Shown: positions 1 to 9,145, numbered from the stretch's first letter. The stretch: 63,997 bases of DNA from Opitutia bacterium (GCA_050506795.1 JBJHCF010000031.1:1-63997), one strand, 5' to 3'. A program made the numbers and translations. The notes: generated from the letters alone by a model not told the origin.

Positions 1-233
1 TTGAAACAGTACGAGCGCGAGTCGATGCCAAGCTGAAGAAGGAATCTGAAGATGTGCTTGAAAGCCTTGGGCTTACAACAACTGAGGCCATTCGCATCTT
101 CCTGCAGCAGGTTAGGTTACGACGGGGACTTCCATTTCCAGTGACAATACCGGAATCGAGGTTTGAAGTCGAAGACATCCTACACCCAGCACAAAAGCGA
201 GCCGAAGCACTCGATCTGATCGATGAAGATTGA
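1..233 (+). CDS. RelB/DinJ-family antitoxin (5' partial)
   Basis: Not in the ORF track. Translated by hand from nt 3: ETVRARVDAKLKKESEDVLESLGLTTTEAIRIFLQQVRLRRGLPFPV..., the DinJ/RelB ribbon-helix-helix pattern ending in GLPF. Stop TGA 231-233 overlaps the next ATG. Confidence 0.85.
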   Translation, partial: ETVRARVDAKLKKESEDVLESLGLTTTEAIRIFLQQVRLRRGLPFPVTIPESRFEVEDILHPAQKRAEALDLIDED

Positions 234-539
234 ACCTGGAGAAGTATATCGAGTTGATTTAGGGTTCGCCGGAAAGGTTCGTTTCATGGTTGTTGTTTCC
301 AGATTCGATCCCGCCCTCCAGGCGCATTGGTCCTTTGCGCACCGATCACCACCCGATATCGCGAAAGCGATTATGAGGTTTCCATTGGAAAGCCGAAGTT
401 TCTTCGCGAGAATTCTTACGTTAACCTTCAAGGCATTGTCGCCATTCAGTTCCGGGAACTTCAGAGGAAAGTTGGTAGCCTGGAGGTTTCTGTCTTCACG
501 CGGATCAAGGACGCAATTCGGTACACCTTCGATCTATAA
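223..539 (+). pseudogene. PemK/MazF-family toxin, frameshifted near nt 310-316
   Basis: N-terminus MKIEPGEVYRVDLGFAGKVRFMVVVSRFDP (ORF 223) continues in another frame as ..ALVLCAPITTRYRESDYEVSIG..SYVNLQGI..LQRKVGSL (ORF 327-539). Together they give a full PemK-like protein. Real lesion or sequencing error. Confidence 0.7.
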
Positions 540-544
540 CCGAG

Positions 545-630
545 GCACAACCATTCAGGGGAGGGAACGGCGGGAACGCGCGCCGAGTAAGCGAACGCCA
601 TAGGCGCCGCCCCTCCCTTCGACGTTAGGC
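545..630 (+). other. attC integron cassette recombination site 1
   Basis: R'' GCACAAC (545-551) and R' GTTAGGC (624-630); arms AGGGGAGGG/CCCTCCCT with one extrahelical base; next ATG 10 nt downstream. Confidence 0.8.
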
Positions 631-640
631 AAAGAGAATA

Positions 641-886
641 ATGAAAGGTACTGCCTATTTTCATCACACCCGAAAGCGACCCGACCGATCTCGGATCACG
701 GATGAATGGATCACGGAAGCGATTCGTAATCCGGTGACAGAAGAAATCCAGAGCGATGGTCGTATTCGCCGGTGGACATGGGTTGAAAGTGAGGGTAAGT
801 TCCTGAGAGTAGTTTTGCTTGAAGATGGCGAGACAGTTCATAATGCGTTCTTTGATAGAGCGTTCCAAAAAAGAAGAGAGATATGA
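641..886 (+). CDS. Small putative toxin (DUF4258/RelE-like), partner of DUF2283
   Basis: 81 aa basic protein ..LRVVLLEDGETVHNAFFDR; ATGA overlap with the downstream DUF2283 gene. Confidence 0.6.
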   Translation: MKGTAYFHHTRKRPDRSRITDEWITEAIRNPVTEEIQSDGRIRRWTWVESEGKFLRVVLLEDGETVHNAFFDRAFQKRREI

Positions 887-1083
887 AAGTAAAGTATTTT
901 CCAGACACCGACACAGCACTGCTTGAGTTCTCCGAAAGCCCCGTGGCTGAGACGAGGGAGGTGAGCGAGGATATTTATGTCGACCTGGATTCCGATGGAA
1001 GGCTCGTCAGCATGACAGTGGAACATGCCAAGGAACGAGCCAGCCTACCTGAGGTAGCCGTCGAAGAGGTCAAGAGCGCCTGA
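883..1083 (+). CDS. DUF2283 domain protein (putative antitoxin)
   Basis: MKVKYFPDTDTALLEFS..ETREVSEDIYVDLDSDGRLVSMTVEHA matches the DUF2283 pattern. Confidence 0.8.
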   Translation: MKVKYFPDTDTALLEFSESPVAETREVSEDIYVDLDSDGRLVSMTVEHAKERASLPEVAVEEVKSA

Positions 1084-1209
1084 CCAGGCGCGGGACTCAA
1101 CGAGGCTTTACCCGCCACCATTCGAACGCCTGCCCCCGCCTCGATAGCATTTTGCAATTCGATAGATCACTTTGCCGGATTCGCCTCGCGAGTCCGCTTT
1201 ACGTTGGCC
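1078..1209 (+). other. attC site 2
   Basis: R'' GCCTGAC (1078-1084) and R' GTTGGCC (1203-1209); arms GCGGGACTC/GAGTCCGC (extra G) and CGAGGC/GCCTCG. Confidence 0.8.
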
Positions 1210-1266
1210 CAGAAAAGTGGATTGAATCCCTTGACTATCGAAAGAAGGTATATTTTCTATACCCGA

Positions 1267-1527
1267 ATGGAGTTCGAGTATGATCCGGAAAAGAGCCGGG
1301 CGAATCGCGAGAAGCACGGGATCGACTTCGAGGAGGCCCAGCAGTTGTGGGCGGACCCGGATGCGATCGGATTCCGGGCACGGTCTGATGATGAAGAGCA
1401 ATTTGCCCTTCTCGGTGTTGTTCGCGAGAAATTGTGGGTGGCGTTCTTTACTAATCGGGAGGAGCGGATCCGATTGATCTCCGTCAGGCGAGCGCGGACA
1501 GCAGAAAGGAAATTATATGAAGGCTAA
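1267..1527 (+). CDS. BrnT-family toxin
   Basis: MEFEYDPEKSRANREKHGIDFEEA..RIRLISVRRA..E; start reassigned to ATG 1267. Confidence 0.9.
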   Translation: MEFEYDPEKSRANREKHGIDFEEAQQLWADPDAIGFRARSDDEEQFALLGVVREKLWVAFFTNREERIRLISVRRARTAERKLYEG

Positions 1528-1777
1528 GGATTTGGATAGGATTTTTGACGAGGGCGAAACTGACATGAATGAATTTCTCGATCTGAGCGAGGCTTTCCGC
1601 CCCGGCCAGGAACAGAAGAGAGTTAACGTGGATTTTCCGGTTTGGATGATCGAAAGGCTTGACCGTGAGGCCAATCGCCTCGGCGTAGCCCGGCAGTCTC
1701 TGATCAAGGTTTGGATCGGGGAACACCTAGCCCAGCGGACACCTCGGAAAAAACGAAGGGCCAACAAATCGGCGTAA
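1517..1777 (+). CDS. BrnA/CopG-type antitoxin
   Basis: ..KRVNVDFPVWMIERLDREANRLGVARQSLIKVWI ribbon-helix-helix; overlaps the BrnT gene. Confidence 0.85.
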   Translation: MKAKDLDRIFDEGETDMNEFLDLSEAFRPGQEQKRVNVDFPVWMIERLDREANRLGVARQSLIKVWIGEHLAQRTPRKKRRANKSA

Positions 1778-1828
1778 GCAATCCCGAGAGGCTGGCGCCT
1801 CTCGGGATGCCTAGCTTCCACGTTCGCT
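1759..1828 (+). other. attC site 3
   Basis: R'' GGCCAAC (1759-1765) and R' GTTCGCT (1822-1828); inner stem ATCCCGAGAGG/CCTCTCGGGAT; ATG follows 1 nt later. Confidence 0.85.
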
Positions 1829-1829
1829 A

Positions 1830-2384
1830 ATGAATATAAATCTAACGAGACGGCAGTTGCTGGCTTTCTTTCTTGGGCCAGTGCTGGCCCATCCAGTATT
1901 CATATACTATCACTATCAGTGGATGCAGCGCCAAGGCGCATATCCACCAGAAGCTGACTCAATCGGAATACCTATTTTTGGTGGAATTTTCATTTGGCTG
2001 TTTTGGGCGCCGATACTTGGATCGATTTTCTGGAGCGTTTTGAAGGATTACTCGCCCCCCTTAAATTTACTTGCATGGGATACGAAGCGAAAGTTTAGAA
2101 GTTTTGCATTCACGACACTTTTTACAATCCTTGCTGCTCTTGCAGGCATGAGTATTCCAGGCGCGCTCGAATGGAATAGCACAATCTCTCTCGGAAGTTC
2201 GATCTGGTGGATTTTCATCTGGTTCTTTATGCGTGCACTTGTTGTGGGAAGGCGACCTAGAAGGGAATCCGGTAGCGATAGGGATAGGACCGACCCTCGC
2301 GGGCCGGCCCTCCCACACCACCACTCATACGGGTCCGTAAGTGGCGGTTCGGCTGATTCGAAGCAGGTCAGTCCCAAGGAATAA
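1830..2384 (+). CDS. Hypothetical membrane protein (cassette gene); C-terminus now reads into the antisense intron
   Basis: About four hydrophobic segments, AT-rich; sequence after nt 2277 is intron domain VI/V antisense. Confidence 0.65.
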   Translation: MNINLTRRQLLAFFLGPVLAHPVFIYYHYQWMQRQGAYPPEADSIGIPIFGGIFIWLFWAPILGSIFWSVLKDYSPPLNLLAWDTKRKFRSFAFTTLFTILAALAGMSIPGALEWNSTISLGSSIWWIFIWFFMRALVVGRRPRRESGSDRDRTDPRGPALPHHHSYGSVSGGSADSKQVSPKE

Positions 2385-3749
2385 CCAGACCGAGCTTTTC
2401 GAAGGTGCGATTAGGCAGAGCGATCATCACCCATTTCACCTGACTCATCCGCCAGCAGCCTTTGCTGGCGCTGCCAGTTGTTACGGCATGCTTGCGGGAT
2501 TCCCAGTCCGAGCAGCCGTCTTACCCGAGTTCGAGGATTCTTCCATTGTTTCCATTGTAAGCTCCTCAGTCGTCTTCGTATCCAGTTTTCCAGTCCGGAA
2601 AGGCGGGAGCGCGACTCGGCAATGCCGTAGTAGCCCCACCACCCTTCCAGGTAGGTGACCAGTTCGTCGATGACTTGTTTCATGGATCGGCCGCGGGTGC
2701 GGGAGGTGATCCCCTTTACCCGCTCCTTGAAGCGCTTGATCGTTTTCCAGTGGATGCTGATCAACGGCTTTTGACGAGAGTTCGTCAGACTGAAGCCGAG
2801 ATACTTGCTTTGCCACGGGCGTCCGATGGCGCTCTTTTCTTCGTTGACCACCAGACGGAGTCGCCGGGTGATGTAGGTGGTGATGCTGCGCTTGACTCGC
2901 TGGGCCGCCTCCGCGCTGCGAACGTAGATGACACAGTCATCGGCGTATCGCACGAACTTCAGCCCGCGCTTCTCAAGCTCTTTGTCGAGTTCGTCCAGGA
3001 CTATGTTACTGAGCAACGGCGAAAGAGGCCCCCCTTGCGGGGTTCCCTCGTCCGCCGGTTCGACCAACCCTCCCACCATCGTTCCCGAGGTGAGGAAGGC
3101 GCGGATGAGTTTGAGCACCCGCTTGTCTTTGATTTTGGTGGCCAACCGGCTCATAAGCCGGTCGTGGTTCACGCGGTCGAAGAACTTCGAAAGATCGATG
3201 TCCACGACGTAACGATAACCATCCGCCAGGTATTCCTGACATCGCCGGATCGCCTGCCGCTGACTTCGTCCGGGACGGACGAAGCGAAGCGGAGATGGGC
3301 AACACGAAGTGTTGGGCGAAGCCCGAAGGAGCTTGCGACTGAGTCAATCCGAAACTGTTCTCGGAAAACTTGTGATCCCAGATGTGGTTCAGTATTTGGG
3401 CGACGGCTTGTTGCACCATCCGGTCAAGGACCGTGGGAATGCCCAGCAGGCGGGTTCCTCCGTCGGGTTTGTCGATCTCCTTTCGGAGGATCCCGGCGCG
3501 CCGGGACACGTAGGTTCCCGCCAGCACGCTCTCTTTGATCTCCTCCCAGTGGCGCTTCACGTAGCCCTTGAGTTGGCCGGTTTCCATGCCGTCAACTCCG
3601 TGGGCTCCTTTATTGCGTTGGACTCGCCGAAGCGCGTCCGTCATGTTCTGCCGCTCCAGGATCGACTCCATGAGGCGAATTTGACCTGCCGGGCTTTCGC
3701 TCAGGCGCGACGCTATGAGAGCTTCAACTGACAGTTGCTCTTCTTCCAT
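2368..3749 (-). pseudogene. ltrA: Group II intron reverse transcriptase/maturase, disrupted
   Basis: Motifs GVDG, KPDGGTRLLGIPTVLDR, DIDLSKFFD, GTPQGGPLSPLL, RYADD. Broken by a 67-bp insertion (3280-3346) and a frameshift near 2500; no endonuclease domain. Confidence 0.9.
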
Positions 3750-4163
3750 AAGACGCTCCGGCTACTTGCCACTTTCATTTACCCGAGCCATTCGGCGCGG
3801 GCACCGTTCGGGCCTTCGTCGAGGTGAGACCTCCGGACTCTTCGTCGGACGGGTATCCCGTCGGCGACTACTCCCGGCTCGTTGCACACGACTAATACGC
3901 CCTCTGCTGACTGCCCCGCTGCGTCGGCCTTGCTTACGCTCGGCCCAGTCCCGCCCGAAGGCGAGGACCACGGCGGGACCCTCCCAGGGTGAACCCGTGA
4001 TCTTGGTCCGGCTCGCTACGCGCCCGGGTTTGTCGCTTCGCTCGGAACCGCACACGAGCACCGGCTCTACGGACCTTGCCATACGACAGATAGGGGACTT
4101 CTTCCGTAAGCGTCCGATAAACCCACCTACCATTTCGGGGCGTCGGTTTGGTAGATTGGGCGG

Positions 4164-4514
4164 ATGGGAAAAGAATCGTTCTCGGAGAAGTCGCCGTCGC
4201 GGAAGCGGCGGCGGTTCACACCTCGACAAAAACACGCGATTCTCGAACGTTTCCGAGCCAGTGGCTTAAGCCAGGGCCAGTTCGTCCGACGCGAAGGCAT
4301 CGCACTGGCGACATTGAGTCGCTGGCTTCGAAAGGAACGAGACGAGCATTCAGGGGACAATGCAATTGAAGTCGGACGCCTCGGATCATTGGACGGCTCC
4401 TCGGAGTGGGCCGAGGTGGTGCGCCCTGATGGTTGGCGGATTCGTCTTTCAGGTCCTTGTCGCGAGGAAAGTCTTCGCATGCTTTTTTCGAGTTTGCCGC
4501 CATGTTCGAGGTAA
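4164..4514 (+). CDS. tnpA: IS66 accessory protein TnpA
   Basis: HTH ..FRASGLSQGQFVRREGIALATLSRW; first ORF of the IS; start uncertain. Confidence 0.8.
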   Translation: MGKESFSEKSPSRKRRRFTPRQKHAILERFRASGLSQGQFVRREGIALATLSRWLRKERDEHSGDNAIEVGRLGSLDGSSEWAEVVRPDGWRIRLSGPCREESLRMLFSSLPPCSR

Positions 4515-4843
4515 GTCCGGCAACACGCGTTTACGTGGTGGTCGGGTTCACCGACATGCGCAAGAGCTTCAATGGCCTGATGGCCGCGGTGCAAAACCGC
4601 GCGAAGCTCGATCCGCTCTCCGGGCACCTGTTCGTCTTTTGCAATCGAGGCCGCAATCGAATCAAAATCCTTTTCTGGGACCGATCGGGACTCTGGGTTT
4701 GCGCAAAACGTCTTGAACGCGGTCGCTTCTGTTGGCCGCAATCCCACGAGGAAGCCGTCGAACTTCAACCGGGAGATCTTTCGATGTTGTTGCACGGACT
4801 GCGCATGGAGAAAACAACCCGTCTGGATTGGTACCGGAGATAA
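4502..4843 (+). CDS. tnpB: IS66 accessory protein TnpB
   Basis: TDMRKSFNGL..DPLSGHLFVFCNRGRNRIKILFWDRSGLWVCAKRLERGRF. Confidence 0.95.
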   Translation: MFEVSPATRVYVVVGFTDMRKSFNGLMAAVQNRAKLDPLSGHLFVFCNRGRNRIKILFWDRSGLWVCAKRLERGRFCWPQSHEEAVELQPGDLSMLLHGLRMEKTTRLDWYRR

Positions 4844-4911
4844 AAGAATCCAAAAAAATGCATAAAAGCCATTGACGGTTTGCCCGCAAGTATCCAACAT
4901 ATGGATATACT

Positions 4912-6426
4912 ATGACTTTCGGTCAGCTCCAGGCCAAATACGAACAGTCGCAGCGCGAAATAGAATCGTTGCAGCAAGAGTTGCTCTTCGCCCGAAGGCA
5001 GATCGACGCTCTCAAGAAAAACATCTTCGGCTCAAAAAGCGAACGCTTCGATCCAAACCAATTGCAGCTTTTACTGCAGGGCCTTGAAGAGATCGAACTG
5101 AAGGTCAAGCAGGCCGAGGCCGCCCGGGAGCAGAGCAAGCCCAAACCGGCCAAACGCCCGGCGGCCCCGCGCAGGATCATCCCCGACCATCTCGAAGTCG
5201 AAGAGATCGTATTGGATCCGCCGGCCGATCAACTGGTTTGTCCGGAACACGGTCCGAAGGTAAAGATCGGCGAAGAGCGCACCGAAGAAATCGACATTAT
5301 CCCTCCGAGGTTCATCAAGCGCGTTTACATTCGCAGTGTCGTCGCCTGCAAACCCTGCGGAGACAAACCGGTCTTTGCCGAGCCACCCAAGCGAGCGGTG
5401 GGAAAAGGTTGGGCCGGACCCGGATTGCTCGCCTGGATCGTCCTTTGCAAATACGTCGATCACCTGCCGCTTTACCGCCAGGAGAAAATTTTCGCCAGTC
5501 GTTACGGGGTACGGATCTCGCGCAAAACGATGTGTGATTGGGTCCAGCAGGTGGCCTTTTGGTTGAAGCCCATTTACAACCACATACACCAAGAACTTTT
5601 GCAACTCTCTCACCTGCATTGCGATGAAACGCCGGTGAAGTTCATCGATCCGGATCGAAAAGGAAAGGCAAGGAAGGGATACCTCTGGGTTTTGACCGCT
5701 CAGGGCAAGGGCGTCGTGTATCGCTTCGATACGGGACGTTCTGCAAAGGTTTTGCAAAAACTGCTGGGGGATTGGCGCGACACGCTTCATTGCGACGACT
5801 ACGCCGCGTACGATGCCTATGTGAAAAGCCGTACCGAGATCCTCCTGGCACGCTGCTGGGCACATGTGCGGCGCAAGTTCTTCGAGTCGCGTGAGGAATC
5901 GCCCCGGTTCGCCGATCTAATCCTGCGCCACATTGGGCATCTTTACGCGGTGGATCGCCACTGCCGCCAAAGCGGCATGAGCCCGAAACTGCGCCTGGTT
6001 CACCGGCAGGCCGCCTCGCGCATGATCCTTGATCGACTGCACCGCCTGCTCAAGTGCAAGGCCGCCAAAGCCCTTCCCTCCAGCGGCCTGGGCGAAGCCA
6101 TCGCCTACGCGCTGAGCAACTGGAAGGACCTGACGCGCTTCATGGAAGACGGCAAAGTGGAGTTGGACAACAATTACTCGGAAAACGCCGTGCGCCCGAC
6201 GGCGGTGGGCAAGAAAAACTGGCTCTTCATCGGTCATCCCGGAGCCGGTTGGGCCAGTGCGGTCATTTATTCGCTGGTGGAAAGCTGCAAACGCCACGGC
6301 ATAGAGCCCTTTGAATACTTGCGCGACGTACTGGACCGTTTGCCCAAACACACCAACCGGGACATCGCCGCCTTCACCCCACGCGCCTGGGCCGAAGCCC
6401 GCAAACGAGACACTCGCAGCGCCTGA
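4912..6426 (+). CDS. tnpC: IS66 DDE transposase TnpC
   Basis: Leucine zipper, FGSKSER, KYVDHLPLYRQ, DETP, CWAHVRRKF, DNNYSENAVR..GKKNWLF. Confidence 0.97.
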   Translation: MTFGQLQAKYEQSQREIESLQQELLFARRQIDALKKNIFGSKSERFDPNQLQLLLQGLEEIELKVKQAEAAREQSKPKPAKRPAAPRRIIPDHLEVEEIVLDPPADQLVCPEHGPKVKIGEERTEEIDIIPPRFIKRVYIRSVVACKPCGDKPVFAEPPKRAVGKGWAGPGLLAWIVLCKYVDHLPLYRQEKIFASRYGVRISRKTMCDWVQQVAFWLKPIYNHIHQELLQLSHLHCDETPVKFIDPDRKGKARKGYLWVLTAQGKGVVYRFDTGRSAKVLQKLLGDWRDTLHCDDYAAYDAYVKSRTEILLARCWAHVRRKFFESREESPRFADLILRHIGHLYAVDRHCRQSGMSPKLRLVHRQAASRMILDRLHRLLKCKAAKALPSSGLGEAIAYALSNWKDLTRFMEDGKVELDNNYSENAVRPTAVGKKNWLFIGHPGAGWASAVIYSLVESCKRHGIEPFEYLRDVLDRLPKHTNRDIAAFTPRAWAEARKRDTRSA

Positions 6427-6689
6427 GCACGGAGCGGTGTCGGTCCATCCGAGCGGACCCGGAGCACGCGGTATCACTGCGGGAACTATCAAAGAACCAT
6501 GCCGGGTTCCACAAACCCACGAGACCCCGAGCCTACCACGTCCTGCCCGAAATCGGTAGGTGGGTTTATCGGACGCTTACCTTCTTCCTACGTTGCGGAG
6601 TCGTCCCGGCTGCAGCTCGCCTAAACCGGTTCCTGTTCGTTGCCCCATGTGTTTGCGATACACGCTTTGCGCGTGCGGCCTCCTTCAGT

Positions 6690-7826
6690 GCCAGCGGGCG
6701 GGATTATTATCAGCATGCCAAGAGCGAACTCGGTCTGTTCCCGGGCCGCTCTGGGTTCTTTGATGCTTTCGGCTCCGCGCGGAGATTGGAAGTACTCAAG
6801 GACACCGCGGCGGGACTGTATCGCAACGCCTCTCGGACTCTAAAGAGAGACCTGCTGGAAAACTTCCCTCAACTGGCAGGACTGGACGTCATCGCGGGAG
6901 ACGGTCACTTGCTTGCCGCGGCCTGTCATTCGAAACGCGACGAGAAGGGCCGAAAGGTCGCTGCGAACTCCTTGTACATGCTTAATGTCAGGAACGGTTT
7001 GATGTTGCCTTTGGCCCGAGTGCAAGGTGACGGTCGGTACGCTCACGAACTTCCGGTGCTTCGCGAACATTTGCCCGGGTTTCTGCAAAAACATCATCAG
7101 CGCGCCCATGCTTTGAGAAACGTGGTGATGCTTCTGGATCCGGCATTCATCGACACCGTGTTTTGGAGCAACTTCGAGGAGGCCCGCAACGCCGGTGCGC
7201 GAATGGTGATGCCGGAGAAATCAAATCTGAAGGTTTATCATTACGAGGATCTGGAATTCGACCGCGACAATCCGGTCAACACCGGAGTAATCCCGTATGA
7301 AACGGTGGGATTCGCCGCTTTCGAAAGCGCCGCCATGCATCGGGTCGTCTACCGTGACCCCGAAACCGGGCGTGTATATCGATTCCTGACCACGCTGAGC
7401 GATCTGGAGCCGGGTTTGATCGCGCTGCTGTACCTGCTACGCTGGCGGATCGAAAAAGTCTTTGATATCTTCAAAAACAAACTACACGAAACCAAGGCCT
7501 GGGGCAACGGGCCGGTATGCCAGCAGATACAGTCCCAGTTCGTCTGCATGACCCAAAACTTGATCGTGTTGTTTTGTGAAACCCTCAAAGAGCGCTTTCA
7601 AATCGAACCACTCAAGCTCTACAAGAAACGTGACAAAGCACTGGTAAAGCGCCGGAAAGAAGCCCGCCGAAAAGGCCGCTCGATCAACCCGATTCTTGAA
7701 TTACTCAGAATTCCCACCCAGTTCTCGTGTCAGTTGATCAGGGCTCTTCGAAATGGAATTCGTTCCGGAAAACGATTCCTCGATGACTTACCCGGCTTCA
7801 GGCTTGCAATGGAGGCTTACTTTTGA
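6690..7826 (+). pseudogene. IS4-like DDE transposase, 5'-truncated
   Basis: IAGDGH, YRFLTT..LYLLRWRIEKVFD (YxxRWxIE). Frame is open upstream of 6786 (ASGRDYYQH..RSGFFDAFGSARRL) and abuts intron sequence with no left end visible. Confidence 0.75.
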
Positions 7827-7844
7827 CGGACGGAACGGACACCG

Positions 7845-8175
7845 TTCCGCCATGCCCAAGGCGATCAATTACCTGCTCGCCCGGGAGAATGAGCTGCGTG
7901 AATGCTTCCTGCACGCGCCGTCGAGAATCGACAACAATTTAGCCGAAAATGCTCTGCGTCCAATCAAGCTTGGTGCCAAAAACTGGTTGTTTATCAGGCA
8001 CCCCAGCGCCGGACCACGAGCGGCGATGATGTTCACCTTGATCGAGAACTTCCGGATGCTGGGAATAAACCCGGAAACCTACCTCACCGACGTGCTCACT
8101 CGCGTCGACGACCATTCGGCTTCGCGGATCGGCGAACTAACGCCCCACAACTGGGCCAAGCCAAAGAACGCTTGA
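7845..8175 (+). pseudogene. 3' remnant of a second, divergent IS66 TnpC
   Basis: KAINYLL..IDNNLAENALRPIKLGAKNWLF..GINPETYLTDVL..ELTPHNW; a degenerate right end (GAACGCTAC) may lie near 8234-8242. Confidence 0.85.
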
Positions 8176-8268
8176 GCCGAAGCTCGGTGGGAAGCCTACC
8201 GCATCGTTCTCGCAAGTGGTAGATGTCTACAAAGAACGCTACGGAAAAGGTAAAACAGATGGTAGATC

Positions 8269-9048
8269 ATGCATAACATAACCCCACCTGACGGCGTCCG
8301 CGTTTCTTACGACAGTTACGGCAGTGGGCCGCCTTTGGTCCTGGTACATGGCAGCTTCAGTGATCACAAGACCAACTGGGAGTTCGTAAGGCCCTTCTTC
8401 GAGAAGCAATTTACCGTGTATGCTCTTGCCCGTCGTGGCCGTGGTGAAACCGACGCCACTAAAGGTCATTCTTTGGAAGATGAAAGCCGTGACCTCTGTG
8501 CGCTGATCGGGTCGATTAAAGAACCTGTCTTCCTCCTTGGTCATTCCTACGGTGCGCATGTCGCACTTGGCGCAGCGGTCACCCTTTCGAGCAGGATTCG
8601 CAAGTTGGTCCTTTACGAGCCCCCATGGCCAACCACCATCCGCAGGGACATTCTTGCGGGGCTTGAGGAACTGGCGCAGGCGCGGAAATGGGATGACCTG
8701 CCAGCGACATTCTTCCACGAAACGTTCGCCATCCCGATGGAGGAACTAGACAAGCTACGGACCACTGAACACTGGCCTCCTATTGTCGCAGATGCGGAGG
8801 CCTCTCTTGAGGATCTGCATGCACTCAGCGCCTACATTTTCACACCCGAGCGGTTTCGCGTTCTTCCCGTTCCGGTGCTACTCCAGGTAGGCGCCGAAAG
8901 TCCTCGCGAAAAGTTTGTCACAGATGCCCTTGCATCAGTCCTTTCTGCTGCCAGTATCGTGGTTTTACCCGACCAAGCGCACGAAGGTATGACAATGGCA
9001 CCCGAACAGTATGCCGCGTCGGTATTTCGCTTCCTGGTTCCGGACTGA
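8269..9048 (+). CDS. Alpha/beta fold hydrolase
   Basis: GSGPPLVLVHG, RRGRG, nucleophile GHSYG, C-terminal His (DQAH). Confidence 0.9.
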   Translation: MHNITPPDGVRVSYDSYGSGPPLVLVHGSFSDHKTNWEFVRPFFEKQFTVYALARRGRGETDATKGHSLEDESRDLCALIGSIKEPVFLLGHSYGAHVALGAAVTLSSRIRKLVLYEPPWPTTIRRDILAGLEELAQARKWDDLPATFFHETFAIPMEELDKLRTTEHWPPIVADAEASLEDLHALSAYIFTPERFRVLPVPVLLQVGAESPREKFVTDALASVLSAASIVVLPDQAHEGMTMAPEQYAASVFRFLVPD

Positions 9049-9069
9049 GCATGAATAGCGCATCCTTGC

Positions 9070-9145
9070 GCGCAACAATTGCTTGAACCCAACAGGCGTC
9101 TTCGCAAGCCTTCCAAGGGATTGAGGGTTAAGGGTATAGTTGAAC
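9070..9145 (+). other. attC-like site (degenerate)
   Basis: R'' GCGCAAC, arms TTGAACCC/GGGTTAA (extra G), R' GTTGAAC, ATG at 9151. Confidence 0.6.

Larger units (their letters stand above)
4106..6580 (+). mobile_element. IS66-family insertion sequence, apparently complete
   Basis: 26-bp perfect terminal IRs GTAAGCGTCCGATAAACCCACCTACC; 8-bp direct repeat CTTCTTCC at 4098-4105 and 6581-6588; tnpA-tnpB-tnpC order. Confidence 0.97.
2278..6688 (-). mobile_element. Group II intron, class C (attC-targeting type), decayed; interrupted by IS66, 5' end missing
   Basis: Minus strand domain V/VI GAACCGCCACTTACGGACCCGTATGAGTGGTGGTGTGGGAGGG..CCTATCCCTAT (2350-2278); RT ORF; intron-like 5' sequence at 3770-4105 resumes at 6589-6688. 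Confidence 0.85.

Noticed and set aside
545..1828. Spaced palindromes as a CRISPR array or plain terminators
   Set aside because: They are not identical repeats, lack U-tracts, are separated by whole genes and carry R''/R' boxes; no cas genes are present.
2368..3749. RT as a retron, DGR or defence-associated RT
   Set aside because: Domain V/VI RNA directly downstream and the maturase region identify an ordinary group II intron RT.
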